Part shown: piece after piece, positions 27,449 to 42,758 of the stretch
Numbering within the stretch: the stretch's first letter is position 1
Layout of the letters: every line of letters begins with the position of its first letter
NCBI GenBank assembly: GCA_951406725.2
Contig: OX597821.1
Span: 80,352,001-80,416,000, forward strand
Direction: 5' to 3'
DNA from: Octopus vulgaris
Lineage: Eukaryota
Length of the DNA stretch: 64,000 nt
Made by a program: the position numbers and the translations under genes
The notes under the pieces: model-generated
What the model was told of the DNA's origin: nothing
The model's input: the letters and a program-made list of their open reading frames with translations, nothing else
Databases searched by the model: none

Positions 27449-27575
27449 GAAGAGCGTGGGCTCGAAATATTAAAGACTTTTTCACTTCCCGAGCGTTGAA
27501 CTAATACATCTGTTTGTTGTCTACACCACCTGTCTTCGTCTTTTGTTTTGTTTTTTTTTGTGAATTCTCGCCCCC
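27448..27575 (+). mobile_element. Family H2 element, 5'-truncated
   Basis: gaagagcgtgggctcgaaa...acaccacctgtcttcgtcttttg; TA-flanked. Confidence 0.7.
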
Positions 27576-27576
27576 A

Positions 27577-27718
<142 letters not shown>

Positions 27719-28021
27719 TACGTATATATGTAGAAATATATAGAAACACAATGAAGAAGTTTGTATCTATATTTATAGTTAATGTCTTCATTATTCTTTT
27801 TTTCGGAACGAGATTTCTATCTTCGGATAAAGAGAACATTTTTTTTGTCATAGAAGACCCGTCTAAGTTGTCTTCTATGGGAAATGCATGTAAGCCCCTA
27901 CCTACACACACACACGCGCGCTGCTTTGCTCCTGCTTTGCTTCATGTGTCTAGTCAAACATGAGGAACTAAAAAACTGTGCATCGGTATGTATCTATATA
28001 GATATATATATGTATATGTAT

Positions 28022-28097
<76 letters not shown>

Positions 28098-28314
28098 ACG
28101 TGTGTGTGTGTGTATGTTTGAGTGTGTGTATGTATATCCATTTTATGTGTATGTATGTATATATGTTTGTGTCAACAAAGCATAGATGGGTTTCTTATTA
28201 CAGAATGTTTTTCTTTATATCCGAATTTAGAAATTAAATATAAATACAAACACAAGTCTGTTTGCGACAACGTCTGTGTGTGTGTGTGTGTGTATGTATA
28301 TGAACACACACACA

Positions 28315-28349
<35 letters not shown>

Positions 28350-28572
28350 GAATGTATATATACATTCATATATATATATCATATACATATACACATTTAT
28401 ATTTACATATACATATATGTATAATATATATATATTCATGCATACACACGCGCACACGCATACCATATCTGTCTGTGTATATATGTGTATATATGTATGT
28501 CTGTGTGTTTGTACATGCCTCTGCGTATGTCAGCGTACATGGGGATTTGAGAATGTGTCGTGTGTGTGTGGA

Positions 28573-28609
<37 letters not shown>

Positions 28610-28629
28610 ATGTGTGTGTGTGTGAATGT

Positions 28630-28683
<54 letters not shown>

Positions 28684-29170
28684 GTCTGGAAAAAATTCGG
28701 TGCTTGTTTACCGCATTTTTTCATCGTATCAATTTTAGATTCACTGAGATCTCTTAAACCCGTTAGGATGACCTTCTGCCATAGTTGTTGTTTGTTTTGT
28801 TGTTCTCGTCGTTTTTGTTGTTGTTCATATAGCAGATTGTGCTGCTGCTTCTGCCGTTGTTAGTATTTAGCCTAAGGTCAAATATAGAACTGTAATCTGT
28901 GAATATTCCAGTCATGACCACTTCCTTTTCTTTTCTAGTATTTTATATCCCAAACCACTGAATTTGTGCTTCGGGTTTCTCCGATGTAGCAGCATTTTGG
29001 CTTACATTATTCAAAGCGAACTTTTCTTAAGACTATACGGTTTTGAGTTGAGGGAAATATAGTAGTTATTTCTTGCAGGCCGAGCTCTCTCGTGCTTGAG
29101 TAAATTATTCACTTGATATTTTTTAAAAATTTATAGGCGTAGGAGTGGCTGTGTGGTAAGTAGCTTGCTT

Positions 29171-31040
29171 GAAAATTGTGTTGTTCCTGTCAAGGAGTAC
29201 CTAGAAGAGAATTGGAATTATTTTTTAACTGTTTTACAATTGTTTTAAATTTTGGCCTGCAGTACCAAGTGGCCTTTGCTGTGTTTTGAACTGTTGCTCT
29301 CTCTTCTTCTGTCTTTAATTTAAAAAAAAACTTTATTGAACTGTTAATTTTTTTCTCTCTCCTTCCTTTTGTTTGGACTTTTTTCCTCTTCCTTCTTTTT
29401 CTTTGATTATTTTATATTTTAACAACTGTATTTTTGGATTCTTTTAAAAAAAACATGGCAAATAACAATGAAAAGTTGGTGGAGTGGGAAATTACACCAC
29501 CCAATAAATGGTTAAAAGAATTTGAAAGTAAGACGGTGATTTTGAGGACCTACTCTAGGACCCTCGACGCTATTGCCGTTTTCAGAAAGGATATAATCGA
29601 AAGAGAGCTGGCAGAATTTAAGCCAGCGATTAAGTTTATCACTCGGGGGGTCAAATACGCAACCGTGTGGTTGCTGTTTGACTCACTAGAAGTGGCCTGT
29701 GAATTTGCAAGTCAGCCCCTGGAGTGTAATGGAATTTTGTTTCTTCCCACTTATTGTGGGAAGAGTTTGACGAAGGCTTGTGTTTGCGACTTGCCACCAG
29801 AAGTTGAGCCCCAGTGGATAGGAGATACTATCCGCCGGGGTCTGGGTGGTAGTAGCACCAAGCTCCTCAGCGTAAATATTCTGCCTGCGGCTGACTGGGA
29901 GAGGTCAAAAGCTGTTTTGACCATATGGACCCAGTCAGCCGAAAGTCTGGTATTTCCAGACATTTTGAGAATGACCGGTGATTCTTGAGGGATGCCCCCA
30001 CCAAGTGTCATCGTTGCTTGAAGCCTGGCCATATAAAAAAGAACTGTTCTTAAGGGCAAAGCAAAATCCCGGAGCGGTTGACGGAGACCTCTGTAGAGGA
30101 GGGAATGAAGGCGGCCGAAGAGACGGAGGTCTCATCAAAGAAGAGCCACAAAAGGAAGGAGGAGAGCAATAATGGGTGCTCACCAAAGGATTCTGGGAAT
30201 GAGGGAGGGGAGGCAAATCTCCAGGTCACGGAGAAAATGCACCCTCCCCCAGTCGAGAAGAAGAAAAAAGAAGAAGAGGAGGAGAAACGGGACATTGCCG
30301 GCAGTCGGAAACATGACGCCGGAATGTTACGGAGCCTCGTCGGTTGTGCCACCGGAGCGGGGGAGACACCATTAGCAGGAGTTGTGCCGCCAGCGGTAGA
30401 ATTAACCAACCCGGACCCGATGGACCAGAAACTGTTGGTCTTCTTTTATAGAGGCGGAGAGGTGGGAAAGATAGTGAAAGAACACTACGAGGGAATACCT
30501 TTGGTCTTCATACAGGACCCCGAATGGCCTCCGCAGATAGCTGTGGAGGTCATAACGTTGCGCCTGTTTATGATGCTGGGCGGACTAAAAGAAGAATATC
30601 GCTCGTGGCCGGGTAACGCCAACTCGGACCCCGCCGTGATTTTAAACGAAGCATGGGTTATGGCGGAGTACACGGACACAAGCGATTATGAGGTGAAAAA
30701 TTGACAAGAGGTTGAAAAGCCTCAGTGTTATGAAGTGTAAGAGGCCCAGCGCCTCATTTGTAAATGGACAAGTGCTGATTGTATATTGAATATTTTTGTA
30801 AGTTAATATTGGTAATGGACTATTAAGTTCAAAAACTGTAAAAACTGTTGTGAGAGGTTCAATACATCGCTTTGTTTATTCTGTTTTAAAAAAATAACAA
30901 TGTTTTAGAGAAGAAAATCGGCGGGCGTTTTTGCCTTCTCTCATCAATATCATCCTTATTTCATCATTCACCTCATCAATGTATATGTCCAACCTGCAGC
31001 TACGCTTTGTAATGCCTCTATGGCAAATTTTTATGAAATA
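29171..31040 (+). mobile_element. ORF1-only L1/Tx1-like (HAL1-type) non-autonomous retroelement
   Basis: 13-bp TSD aagtagcttgctt at 29158-29170 and 31041-31053; ends in AATAAA; pyrimidine-rich 5' UTR; splits a SINE A (29135-29170 and 31041-31175). Confidence 0.85.
29455..30704 (+). pseudogene. Disrupted ORF1-like protein: RRM-like N-terminus, CCHC zinc knuckle, charged low-complexity C-terminus
   Basis: ATG at 29455; frameshifts near 29980-30000; CHRCLKPGHIKKNC at 30006-30047 is in frame with ORF 30078-30704 but is followed by TAA at 30051. The RRM call is by resemblance only. Confidence 0.75.
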
Positions 31041-31562
31041 AAGTAGCTTGCTTACGAACTACATGGTCCCACTGCGTGGCACCTTGGCCAAATGTCTTCT
31101 ACTATAGCCTCGGGCCAACCAAAGCCTTGTGAGTGGATTTGGTAGACGGAAACTGAAAGAAGCCCGTCGTATATATGTATATATATATTATATTAAATTA
31201 GAGATAAAACCACTATTAGGCAAATCAAACAGTGAAAAACATAAGCCAATACATAAAATTAATTTTAAGATATAAAAGTTAAAATTAAAAAATTATTTAA
31301 ATAATTTCAACTTATAAATTTTAAATATATATATATATACAAATATATATATATATGTATGTATAATTTTATATTTATATATTATTTTATTTATTTATTT
31401 ATTTTATTTATTTATTTATTTATTTTTATATAAATATCAAAAGTATTAAAAGTTTAATACTTTTGATATTTAAAAAAAAATTATTTAAATTAAAAAAAAA
31501 TTAATAAAATAAATAAATAAATTAATTAATTAATTAATAAAATAATATATAAATATAAAAAT

Positions 31563-31953
<391 letters not shown>

Positions 31954-31954
31954 T

Positions 31955-32108
31955 ACGACGGGCTTCTTTCAGTTTCCGTCTACCATATCAACCCACAAGG
32001 CTTTGGTCGGCCCGAAACTATAGTAGAAGACACTTGCCCAAGGTGTGACGCAGTGGGACTGAACCCAGAACCATGTGTTTGGTAAGCAAGCTACTTACCA
32101 CACAGCTA
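31955..32108 (-). mobile_element. SINE family A, 5' half
   Basis: Reverse complement of the family A head and core. Confidence 0.8.
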
Positions 32109-32209
32109 CATATATAAATATTGATAGCTTGATACATAAGTTGATAGATAGATAGATGCACGTTTATATATATACTTATGCATATGTATGCGCATATACG
32201 GATGACCTA

Positions 32210-32279
<70 letters not shown>

Positions 32280-32805
32280 GCTGTCTGTCTGTCTGTCTAT
32301 CTTTCTATCTATCTATAACACGTGTGTGTCTATATATTTGTGTGCGTAAGTATATCTATTTCTCTCTTCGTCTATATCTTCATATAAAGTATATATAGAC
32401 ATATGTAAGATATGTAAGTATATGTCTTTGAAAAACTGAGCGAGCCAGCGAAAGAGAGAGGGGAGACAAAGAAGGAAGGAAAGAAAGAAAGAAAGAAAGA
32501 AAGAAAGGAAGAAAGAAAGGAAGAAAGAAAGCGAAATGGGGAAAAAGAAAAGAAAAGACAAATACTGTATACATAAATCAAAGACATATTTAAGATTTCT
32601 GAGTTCGAATTACAGTGACATCAATTTTATTAGGTACGGATCGGTGTCAGATTGTATATAGAAAAAACATTAAGTAAACAAAACAAATCTTTCACTGTTT
32701 TTCCCATTGTTGTAGTAATAGTTGTTCTTGTGGTTGTTGTTGTTGTTGTTGTTATTATTATTATTATTATTATTGTTGTTGTTCTTGTGGTTGTTGTTGT
32801 TGTTG

Positions 32806-32858
<53 letters not shown>

Positions 32859-33233
32859 GTTGTTGTTGTTGTTGTTGTTGTTGCTATTTATTACTGCTAT
32901 TACCAGTCGTGATGGTCTTGTTTTGCTTGTGGTGTTTACTCTGGGCTAAGAGTCTATGTGCTTGTGTGTGTGTATGTCTTTGTGTGTGTGTGTGTGTGTG
33001 TGCGTGAGGAGTATTTGGTAAGAAATAATGTAAAAACCATATTGTTACTATTGTTGATATTTTGTTTGAATATTTAAAAATACGACTTAAATATGTGCGT
33101 ATGTGTGTGTATACGTGTCAGCATGTGTGTGTGCACGTATCCATATGCATCCATCCATCCATCCATCAATACATACATACATTCATACATACATACTTAC
33201 TTACATACTTACATATATATATATAATATACAT

Positions 33234-33273
<40 letters not shown>

Positions 33274-33305
33274 AGGGCTTAGTAAAATAAATTACCCTCA
33301 ATTGT

Positions 33306-33336
<31 letters not shown>

Positions 33337-33638
33337 CGCTGTTTTCGTCCTGTTTTTACCATTATTGTTTTTTGTATTTTATATTCGTGTGGCATCGTCC
33401 GTTTTTCTGTCCCTGTTTCGTATACATTCGATTTTTCTTCCAAGAAATCTAATGCTCGTAGCTTATTTTTTCCTTGGGGCTGGCCGGATCGGAGCGATCT
33501 CAAGATTAATCAGCCGAAATTGCTACGATGATCCGGTTCTTGACTGAAGATTGAAGGCTTCGAATGTCCCGTCCGTGTTTTTTGTATCGTCTTCCTAATG
33601 TTTTACGTTCTTGTCCCAGTTTGTATTTTTCTACATAT

Positions 33639-33640
<2 letters not shown>
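33337..33640 (+). mobile_element. Family H3 repeat
   Basis: Homologous to 18780-19061; (TA)n on both sides. Confidence 0.7.
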
Positions 33641-33713
<73 letters not shown>

Positions 33714-33859
33714 GTGAGAGAGGGGGAGGAAAAGAAAGAACAATAGTTATTAAAAGTGTTTCGCTGTACCGTGTAACGTGACGTAAGCGGTAAAGCGAGT
33801 AAGCAAAATTAAAAGTATCAAGAAACAACGGTCCATTCAACCATCCGTCTTCACCCATT

Positions 33860-34135
33860 TAAGAGGGTCGTATGGGTAGAACTCTCAGGCACTACATCCA
33901 TTGGGTTCTAGCAGAAGCAACTGACGTTACTCTTTCTGGCTACATTCCTCAGTATGACCAACTGAGACTAAGGATATTATCGAACCATCTCGTTCTTGGC
34001 CTACTGCTAGGTCTTCTGCTGGTTGGGTCGGATTCGAGAATCGATCTTGCGACTCTCTCCTGCGATATTCTAAGCACATGTCCGTAAAACTGGAGTCATG
34101 ATATCTCAATGCAGAGAAGTAACGACTCGAGCTGG
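33860..34135 (-). mobile_element. RTE-clade LINE 3' fragment
   Basis: Minus-strand translation LQFYGHVLRISQERVARSILE..RRPSSRPRTRWFD. Confidence 0.75.
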
Positions 34136-34198
34136 AGAAATTCTTAGGTGGCCGCACTCAGATGACTGAAACAAGAAAAAGAATAAAATAATAAAAGA

Positions 34199-34245
<47 letters not shown>

Positions 34246-34307
34246 CATAAATAAGTACATACATACATACATACATACATACATACATACATACATACAT
34301 ACATACA

Positions 34308-34338
<31 letters not shown>

Positions 34339-34339
<1 letters not shown>

Positions 34340-34861
34340 CGGTGGGATTGCAAAGGAGAAATTCACTTTGAATTGTTTTCACCAATCAATGCTCAAGTCT
34401 ACTGTCAGCAATTAGAGCGCTTGAACCAAGCTTTGAAGTAAAAAAGACCCGCTTTAGTGAATCGGAAAGGAGTGATGTTTCATCAGGACAATGCGCGACC
34501 CCACACTGCAAAGATCACATCACAGAAGATCGAAGAGCTTGATTGGGGCAAAATTCCTCATCCAACTTATTTTCCCGACCTAGCTCCTTCAGACTACCAT
34601 TTGTTTCGTAGTTTATAGAATCATTTGGGTAACATAACTTTTGCAAGCCAGGAGGAGGTCAAAACTGACATTTCTGAGTTCTTCACTTTGAAACCAAAAG
34701 AGTTTTACATTGATGGGATTAAAAAGCTTGTAAATAGATGGAAGTAAGTCATAGATAATCAGGGAAAGTACATTGATGATTAAATTTCAATTAAATATAA
34801 CATTTGATCACTTGTTTTCTTTATTCAAAAATTCGGACAGAACTTATGGGACGACCTGCTA
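34339..34861 (+). mobile_element. Mariner (DD34D) 3' fragment with right TIR
   Basis: WDCKG..KRPALVNRKGVMFHQDNARPH..HPTYFPDLAPSDYHLFRSL; contains stop codons. Confidence 0.92.
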
Positions 34862-36667
34862 TATTAATATATGCAATCATATATATGTGTATGTATATAC
34901 ATACACATATATATATTATGTAATCATATATATATATATATTAATACATATATATATATATGTATAGATATGTATTAATATATGCAATCATATATATGCG
35001 TGTATGTATATACACATACACATATACATATATATGTATGTATGTATATATATATACATACATACATACATATATATATATATATATGCATATAAAATGT
35101 GCATGCATACGCATGTGTTTTTGCATTTGTTTGTATGTATGTATGTATGTATGTATGTATGTATGCATCCATGAATGCATGTAAGTATTGCAATATATAT
35201 ATCGACATAATTTATGCATTTGTGGTCGAGGCTTTGATTGATTATTCCTCTTTCTCGCTCCTGCACGCGCACGCACGGATGCTCGCGCGCGCACATTCAC
35301 TCGCACCTTTCCGTGTATGTGTAGGTACGTGCGCACGTAAAGTAGATTTGTATAGGAATTCTTCCAAAGTGTTAGTAATGTAACACCCGATCCTGATGAG
35401 TCGTTAGTTTTTTGTTTGTTTGTGTGTGTGTATGTGTGTGTGAGTGTGTGTGTGAATGTGAGTGTATGTGTGTGTGTGTGTGAGTGTGCATGCATGTGTG
35501 TATGTGCGTGTGTGTGTTTGTGTGTGTGTGTTTGCGTGAGTGTGTATATGTGCATGTGCATGTGTGAGTATGTATGTGTGTGTGTGTGTATGTCTGTGTT
35601 TGTGTGTATGTCTGTGTGTGTGTGTATGTCTGTGTGTGTGTGTGTTTGCGTGAGTGTGTGTGCGCGCTGCAAACAGTGCGGGGGTTTTCGTTAATAAATT
35701 GTATCTTAGCTTCGTATATATAACTTTCAATCATCCAATTTTTCGCTTAGAATGTCGAAGTTCCTATCTTAATGACTATTTTGATATCTTTATGACATAT
35801 CCTATTATATTTGTTGAACAGATGATACAGAATAGCAAGAATATTGGTAAAGAATATATATTTTTTTAAGCATTCGAAAGTAGGTCCTAATTCCATGGGG
35901 GCTCACATTTTTAATCTTCCTCGTAAGAATGAATGTCTTTTGGCATGAACAATTTTCATTTTGTTGAAATAGAGAGACATATATTTGCTGTCCAATCTTA
36001 GGTTCCTGGGTTAACAAACAATAAATTTTATTTATAGATACTGAAATAAAACACATGTATTTGATGGTCGCGTGTTGTAAACTCAGACGCTACTTCAGGC
36101 TGTCTGCGCCCCTTTCCTACACCTTGGCCTCTGCTGATAGTTCTATTTCCCTTTGTCCAAAGTTGTGCTTCCCCAAAGGAAACCATTGAAATAATAAACT
36201 GAAAGCTGGTAGAAAACCGTTATAACCAACGCGTAGTTAGGAATAGTTCTCTTTGGTTTTGGTTGGTAATCACCTAAATATCCTGCCTTATTAATAATAG
36301 TAAAAAGCATCGGTTAATGATGAGTCGCAATATCGCTCTTGTGAAGCGGGGATACACTTATTTTCATCAGTTGTTTTGGATAAGATAAACTTGCGCCAGA
36401 GTTCAAATACTTCAGGGAATAAAACTTGGCTTAGTACCAGATCAGTGATGTTTAATTCATCACTTACTACGTCAGGTCTTTTGACAGACCTTGGTTATGT
36501 TGTAACGTAGGAGAGTAAGCTCTTGAGAAGTATCGCGAGGGCCGCCTTGTCAAAGTAAATAAGTGCTCGCCAAATTGAATACGCACACACACCCACACAC
36601 ATGCAAACATATACATACACATACATATACGTAAATGTAGGTATTCCTGTATTCATATGTGTGTGTA

Positions 36668-36730
<63 letters not shown>

Positions 36731-37309
36731 ACATATATATGTACATATACATGCATATATGGGCACAGGACATAAAAAAAACGTAGACAAAATGAGAAAC
36801 GAGAACATAAAAAACAAAAACATAGAAAACGAACTCTTTTCCAACAACGAAAGAAGCAAACAGAGAAACGAGCAGACACCATAAAGAACCTGCCATACAT
36901 CAGTTTTATCCACTCCACACGAGAGGAGGATGAAAAGTTCCTGGTTTTAAGGGTGTCGCGAAAGACCTAGTTTGGGGACCATACTCAATATGATGTCTTC
37001 TGTGACAAGAATTTCAGCTCCTCACTGAAATATGTGATGAAAATCCTTTACCGCTGATCCTTCCATATCATATTCTACTTCCACACTGTAAGGAGATTTC
37101 TTTTTTTACCATGCATTGATTGGAGTTCTGGTCTTCGATACTTTTCACGAGACTGTTATATTGGCTATTGCATACTTGAGGCTGTAGTTCCTTGTCCTTA
37201 TATGACTTCATTAAGGCTGCCCTCTTCTATCAGCATGTGATAAATTTACCTTGAGCCATTGGCCGCATCGAGGAGGTAATACTGCTTAGCAAGAACATGT
37301 ACTGTTAAT

Positions 37310-37752
37310 AGATTCAAATTTTAGTACAAGGCCAGCAATTTTAGGAGAGAGTGGTAAAGTCGATTACATCATGCTCAGAGGTATTTATTTTATCGATCCC
37401 GAAAGGATGAAAGGGGAAGTCAACTCCGGTGGCATTTGAATTCGGAACATGTAGTTGGAAGAAATGCTGCTCAGCAATTTTTGCGGTGCAGTAACGATTC
37501 TGCCAGCTCGCCACCTTAGCACGTATGTATATTGGTTTCAAATTTTTTGGCACAAGGATAGCAATTTCAGGAGAGGTGGTAAGTCGATTACATCGATCTC
37601 AGTACTCAACTGGTGCTTATTTTAACAACCCCGAAAGGATGAGGGGCAAAGTCGACTTTGGCAGAACTTGAACTCAGAACGTAAAGAGGGACGAAATGCC
37701 GCTAAGCCTTTTACCCGGCAGATTAACTATACTAGCAGCTCGCCGTCTTAGC
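37310..37752 (-). mobile_element. Tandem pair of SINE family B
   Basis: Two reverse-complement copies at ~37310-37520 and ~37530-37752. Confidence 0.8.
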
Positions 37753-38903
37753 ATGGATTTATATTAAAATTATCACTGACAAGATGGAGACCACCTGAAT
37801 GAGCAGTCGCGGTGTCCAAAATTGGTAGCGCTTTCATCTCATCTACAGGAAGCTCGAGGACTCTTCTTGATATTTATGCGGTGCAAGTATAAAATGTGAG
37901 GAGATATGCATATTCGACCAAGATTTTTAGGAATAGTTATAAAGTTATAATAAAATGTAATTGGTGAAATATTTCTTTCAAAACCGGCGGATATGCTAAC
38001 ATTTTCACCACCATAAAACTTAAATGGTGCTTACCGTCCTCATTCGAGCAACACAACGTCATAAAAAGTTCCTTGTTTCATTCAAGACCAAGTGTAAAGA
38101 CTTTGTTCTTTAGAAAGACTTGGCTATTTTCGGATAGCGGTGACCATTACAAACCAGTTTCAACCTCATTATCGATTTAGCTCTCCTTCACACTTGATTT
38201 AGCCTTTCTTCCAATGGTTCGATTTTCTCGATTAGTGCTGAACCTGCTTCACTCGGAGTAAATTTTATTACGCGGAATAATTAAATGGAATCCACCGGTC
38301 CATTCATTACTGTTAAAATATTCAACATGGAATATTCCAAATTTCTTTGTTCCTGCTTTGTTCTATGAAATTTCAACCGTTTTCAGCATTGACAATTCGT
38401 GAAAGGCTGAAAATAATATTCGGGGACATCGTTAACTTTACCTTCTGATGCAGATCAAAGATGATAAGATTTGAATTCCTGTTTTATGTGAGTCCAAGCA
38501 ATTATGCATATCTTATTCATTCAAATATTGTTCTCTATAAAGTTATTGTATGCTGAAAATTATTTTATATTGAGCACTCTTAGTTGTTCTTCTGCGTTTA
38601 AATGAATATACACACACATGTGTGAGTGTGTGCATGTGTGTGTACTTGTTTGTGTGTGTGTGTGTGTGTGTTTGCGTGTGTGTGCGTGCGCGCGTGTGTG
38701 TGCTTAATAACATTTTAACTCAACTGATGGTGCGGGCGTGTCCAGCGCCCACGTAACTTCCCATACACACATGCTCCAATGTTTATATGCGTATAAAATA
38801 TCAGAAACGGGACACTGAGAATAAAAGACATACAACTGGACAGCATGAAGGATTATGACAAGAAGAAAAAAATTCAGGAACTGGTAGACAAAATGCAAAC
38901 ACT

Positions 38904-38936
<33 letters not shown>

Positions 38937-38940
38937 GTAC

Positions 38941-38988
<48 letters not shown>

Positions 38989-39042
38989 GTATGTGTGTAT
39001 ATATATGTATGTATGTATATATATATATATATATTTATGTAC

Positions 39043-39478
<436 letters not shown>

Positions 39479-39820
39479 AAGTAACATTTGAAGTTTTCCT
39501 TCTTGGTTTTGTATTGCCTCCAGCTGCCTGCGTTATTTTATTACCATTTTGCCGAATCATCCATTGATCCATACGGTAAATACTATAGACTGACAGGTCG
39601 GACTTAGCTTAACCATTGGCTTTAATTCCCAGCGAAACTAGCTTCATAGTACAATGACCTCGCTCGCTGTGGAGCGGTTATCTCCCCTACCAATACATAG
39701 ACAATAAGGGTCTTTGACTCTTGTTTTTAGCAATGTAGGTACTATTCTACACCCTCGGTCACTATTGGTGACAATTGAATTTTTCCTTTTTGTTTTTATA
39801 TTGCGTCTAGCCAAATTCGT

Positions 39821-39889
<69 letters not shown>

Positions 39890-39896
<7 letters not shown>

Positions 39897-40640
39897 GTCC
39901 AAAAAAACGTAACGGACGACAATAAAAACATACGGACAGATAGACGATACAAAGACAGACAGGAAAAACCAGGACGAACATTTGGGGATTTCTTTCATCA
40001 GTCAAGCTTCCAATCATCATTACAGTTTTGGCCTGTTACACTTGAGACTGTTTAAAATTGGTAGGCCCGAAAAATCTAAGCTAAGAGCATTACATTTTGA
40101 GAAGAAAGCAAGCGAGTGTGTGTGACAACATAGACACAAAAAAAACGAGAAAACGGAGAAAATGTTACACGATTACAAATATAAACATCAAGAAAAACAT
40201 CAGGCATCTTTCGACTAATAAGGACGAGTTAAATTGAGCTGGCAGGTAAAGTGGAAGCCTTAAGGCACAAACATAGATGAAGGTCAGGCGACAAGAAAAT
40301 GAGGTGTTGTGCGGGCGGCGGTCAAGCCAAGAAAAAAAGATCACGCTTGGCCGATGACCGATCACGTGGGAGGAACAGAGAGAAGCAGGAGGCAGAAGGA
40401 TTGAGGAAATATTATTTCTAAATCTTTCAAAGAGATCTAGCCAACCACGATGATAAAAGGCAATAACCCAGAAACTGGTCCGTGGATGCGAAGTTGTGCT
40501 GGGTAAAGCTACTGATCTCCCCTGTTCAAAAATACAAGGATACACAATTTTTTGTTTCGTATAGCCACTTGGAAACGAGGTTTCCTGGTGCAAAATAACA
40601 TTCGTCCCGTCCTGGGACTGCTACATTATGTAGGCAAAAA
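39890..40640 (-). mobile_element. Family H3 repeat, longest copy
   Basis: Homologous to 18570-19061, including the tcccacgtga..ccaagc.tga.ctt..ttggcttgaccgccg region. Confidence 0.65.
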
Positions 40641-41244
40641 GTCATTGGAAAGCGTAGGCTCGAAACGCAAAAGACTTTCTCACTTTCTCGAGCGTCAAAC
40701 TAACACACTTGCTTGTTGTTCACACACCTGTCTTCGTCTTTTGTTTTTCTCTAAATGTCAACCATATATTATACGCACACATGGTCACCCCAGCTTTATC
40801 CTGCTTTAATCTCCTACATTCCTACTGTCTGAACTTTCTACACCCCTCCTCATCTACATAGCACTCCACCCGGATTACCACTAGATATACTTATGGATTT
40901 CACTTGACTCTTTCGTTGATGAAAAATCGCTCCAATATACGACGACATTTGAACTTTGTTGAACTTTCTGCTTTTTCTTACACCGTACGTTGTTACTTTG
41001 CTTCTCTCTTTCTCCTTTTCTTCTTTTCGTCTTTTCTTCTTTTGTTCTCCTTTTCTCTCCGTTTCTTCTCTTTTTTCTCTTCACGAATTTTTAATTTTTT
41101 GAACTTTTATATTCCGTACGACATTGCTTTACCTTTCTCTCTCCTTTTCTTTTTTTCTTTTTTTTTTCCCAACTAGCCGCCATGCTTGATCACAAAATTT
41201 ACAAGTGTCTTTTTTTAATTCTCTCTCCGTTTATTTTATCGTAT

Positions 41245-41370
41245 TCCTTTCTGTTGAAGAGCGTAGACTCGAAACATAAAATACTTTCTCACTTTCCCGA
41301 ACGTCAAATTAATACACCTACTTGTTCATACACCTGTCTTCGTCTTTTGTTTTTCTGTAAATTTCAACTA
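41245..41370 (+). mobile_element. Family H2 element (another partial copy at 40648-40765)
   Basis: cttt CTGTTGAA GAGC gtag ACTC GAAA CA TA aaatac. Confidence 0.7.
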
Positions 41371-41438
41371 CACACACACACACACACACACAGACACACA
41401 CACACATACACACACACACACACAAAAACACACACAAA

Positions 41439-41511
<73 letters not shown>

Positions 41512-41651
41512 ATATATATACATATAATTAATAATATCAGGGCATTAAAGATTTTAGAAATTTTTACTACCAGTGGGCTAGCGTGTAGAAAAATTAGTCA
41601 AGAGACTATATATTATTCGTATAAATACAACGTACATTTAAACACTTAAGA

Positions 41652-41693
<42 letters not shown>

Positions 41694-42133
41694 TGGACCG
41701 AGGAGCAGTTTGAGAGTTTAGTTTAGATTCTAGACCTTGTAGGCCTGCTCACCATCAACTATTCTACTTCTCAAGAAATGTTGGTAGAAAGGCGTTGTAT
41801 TTTACATGGAGAGGATAATATAATAATGGAATCCTAACGACTCTCTCTCCCTCTCTCACTCTCACACACACACACACACGATATAATACACGTAAATAAA
41901 ATGTAATGGTGTCAACCGAATATCGAAACCAAGAAGGAGTTTCCAACTGCCAACTATTTCTTGTTTGATAGTTGACGTTCGCCATTTTCCTCATCACATG
42001 GTACACCAATGCTCAAATTAAAACTAGCTTTATGGTTAAGAATCTCATTTCGTAACCAAGTGGTTTCGAGCTCAGTCTCACTAGGCGGCACCTTGGGCAA
42101 GTGTCTTCAATTATAGCCTCTGGCCGACAAGTG

Positions 42134-42409
42134 CCTAGTGAGTGAATTTGGCGAACGGAAACTGTGTGGAAGTCTCTCGTATATACATATATGTGAGTGT
42201 GTGTTCGTGTGTTTCTCTATGAGTGTGTGTGCATGTGTACACATATGTACGTATATAAGTATGTGTATATATATATATACATGTAGCTTGCTTACCAACC
42301 ACATGGTTCTGGGTTCAGTCCCACTGCGTGTCACCTTGGGCAAGTGTATTCTACTATAGCCACGGGCCGACGAAAGCCTTGTGAGTGGATTTGATAGACG
42401 GAAACTGGA

Positions 42410-42444
<35 letters not shown>

Positions 42445-42712
42445 GTATATGTATATCTATATGTTCGTGTGAGTTTGTGTGTCTGTGTTTGTCCCCCCAA
42501 CATCTCTTGACAACCGATGCTGGTGTGTTTACGTCCCCGTAACTTAGCGGTTCGGCAAAAGAGACCGATAGAATAAGTACTAGGCTTACAAAGAATAAGT
42601 CCTGGCGTCGATTTGCTCGACTAAAACACGGTGTTCCAGCATGGCCGCAGTCAAATGACTGAAACAAGTAAATGAGTAAATGAGTAAAAGAGTGTGTATA
42701 TATATGCTCACA

Positions 42713-42758
<46 letters not shown>

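Noticed and set aside
35393-35405. Isolated CTGATGA motifs (also ~6758, 49855, 57286)
   Set aside because: No correctly placed GAAA, stem III, UH site and stem I, so not called as hammerheads.
37770-38560. Possible highly decayed hAT transposase on the minus strand
   Set aside because: Only faint motif resemblance amid many stops; needs TBLASTN or HMM support.
40165-40593. 142-aa ORF as a Penelope GIY-YIG remnant
   Set aside because: No clear GIY-YIG or RT motifs could be read; left as a non-coding repeat.
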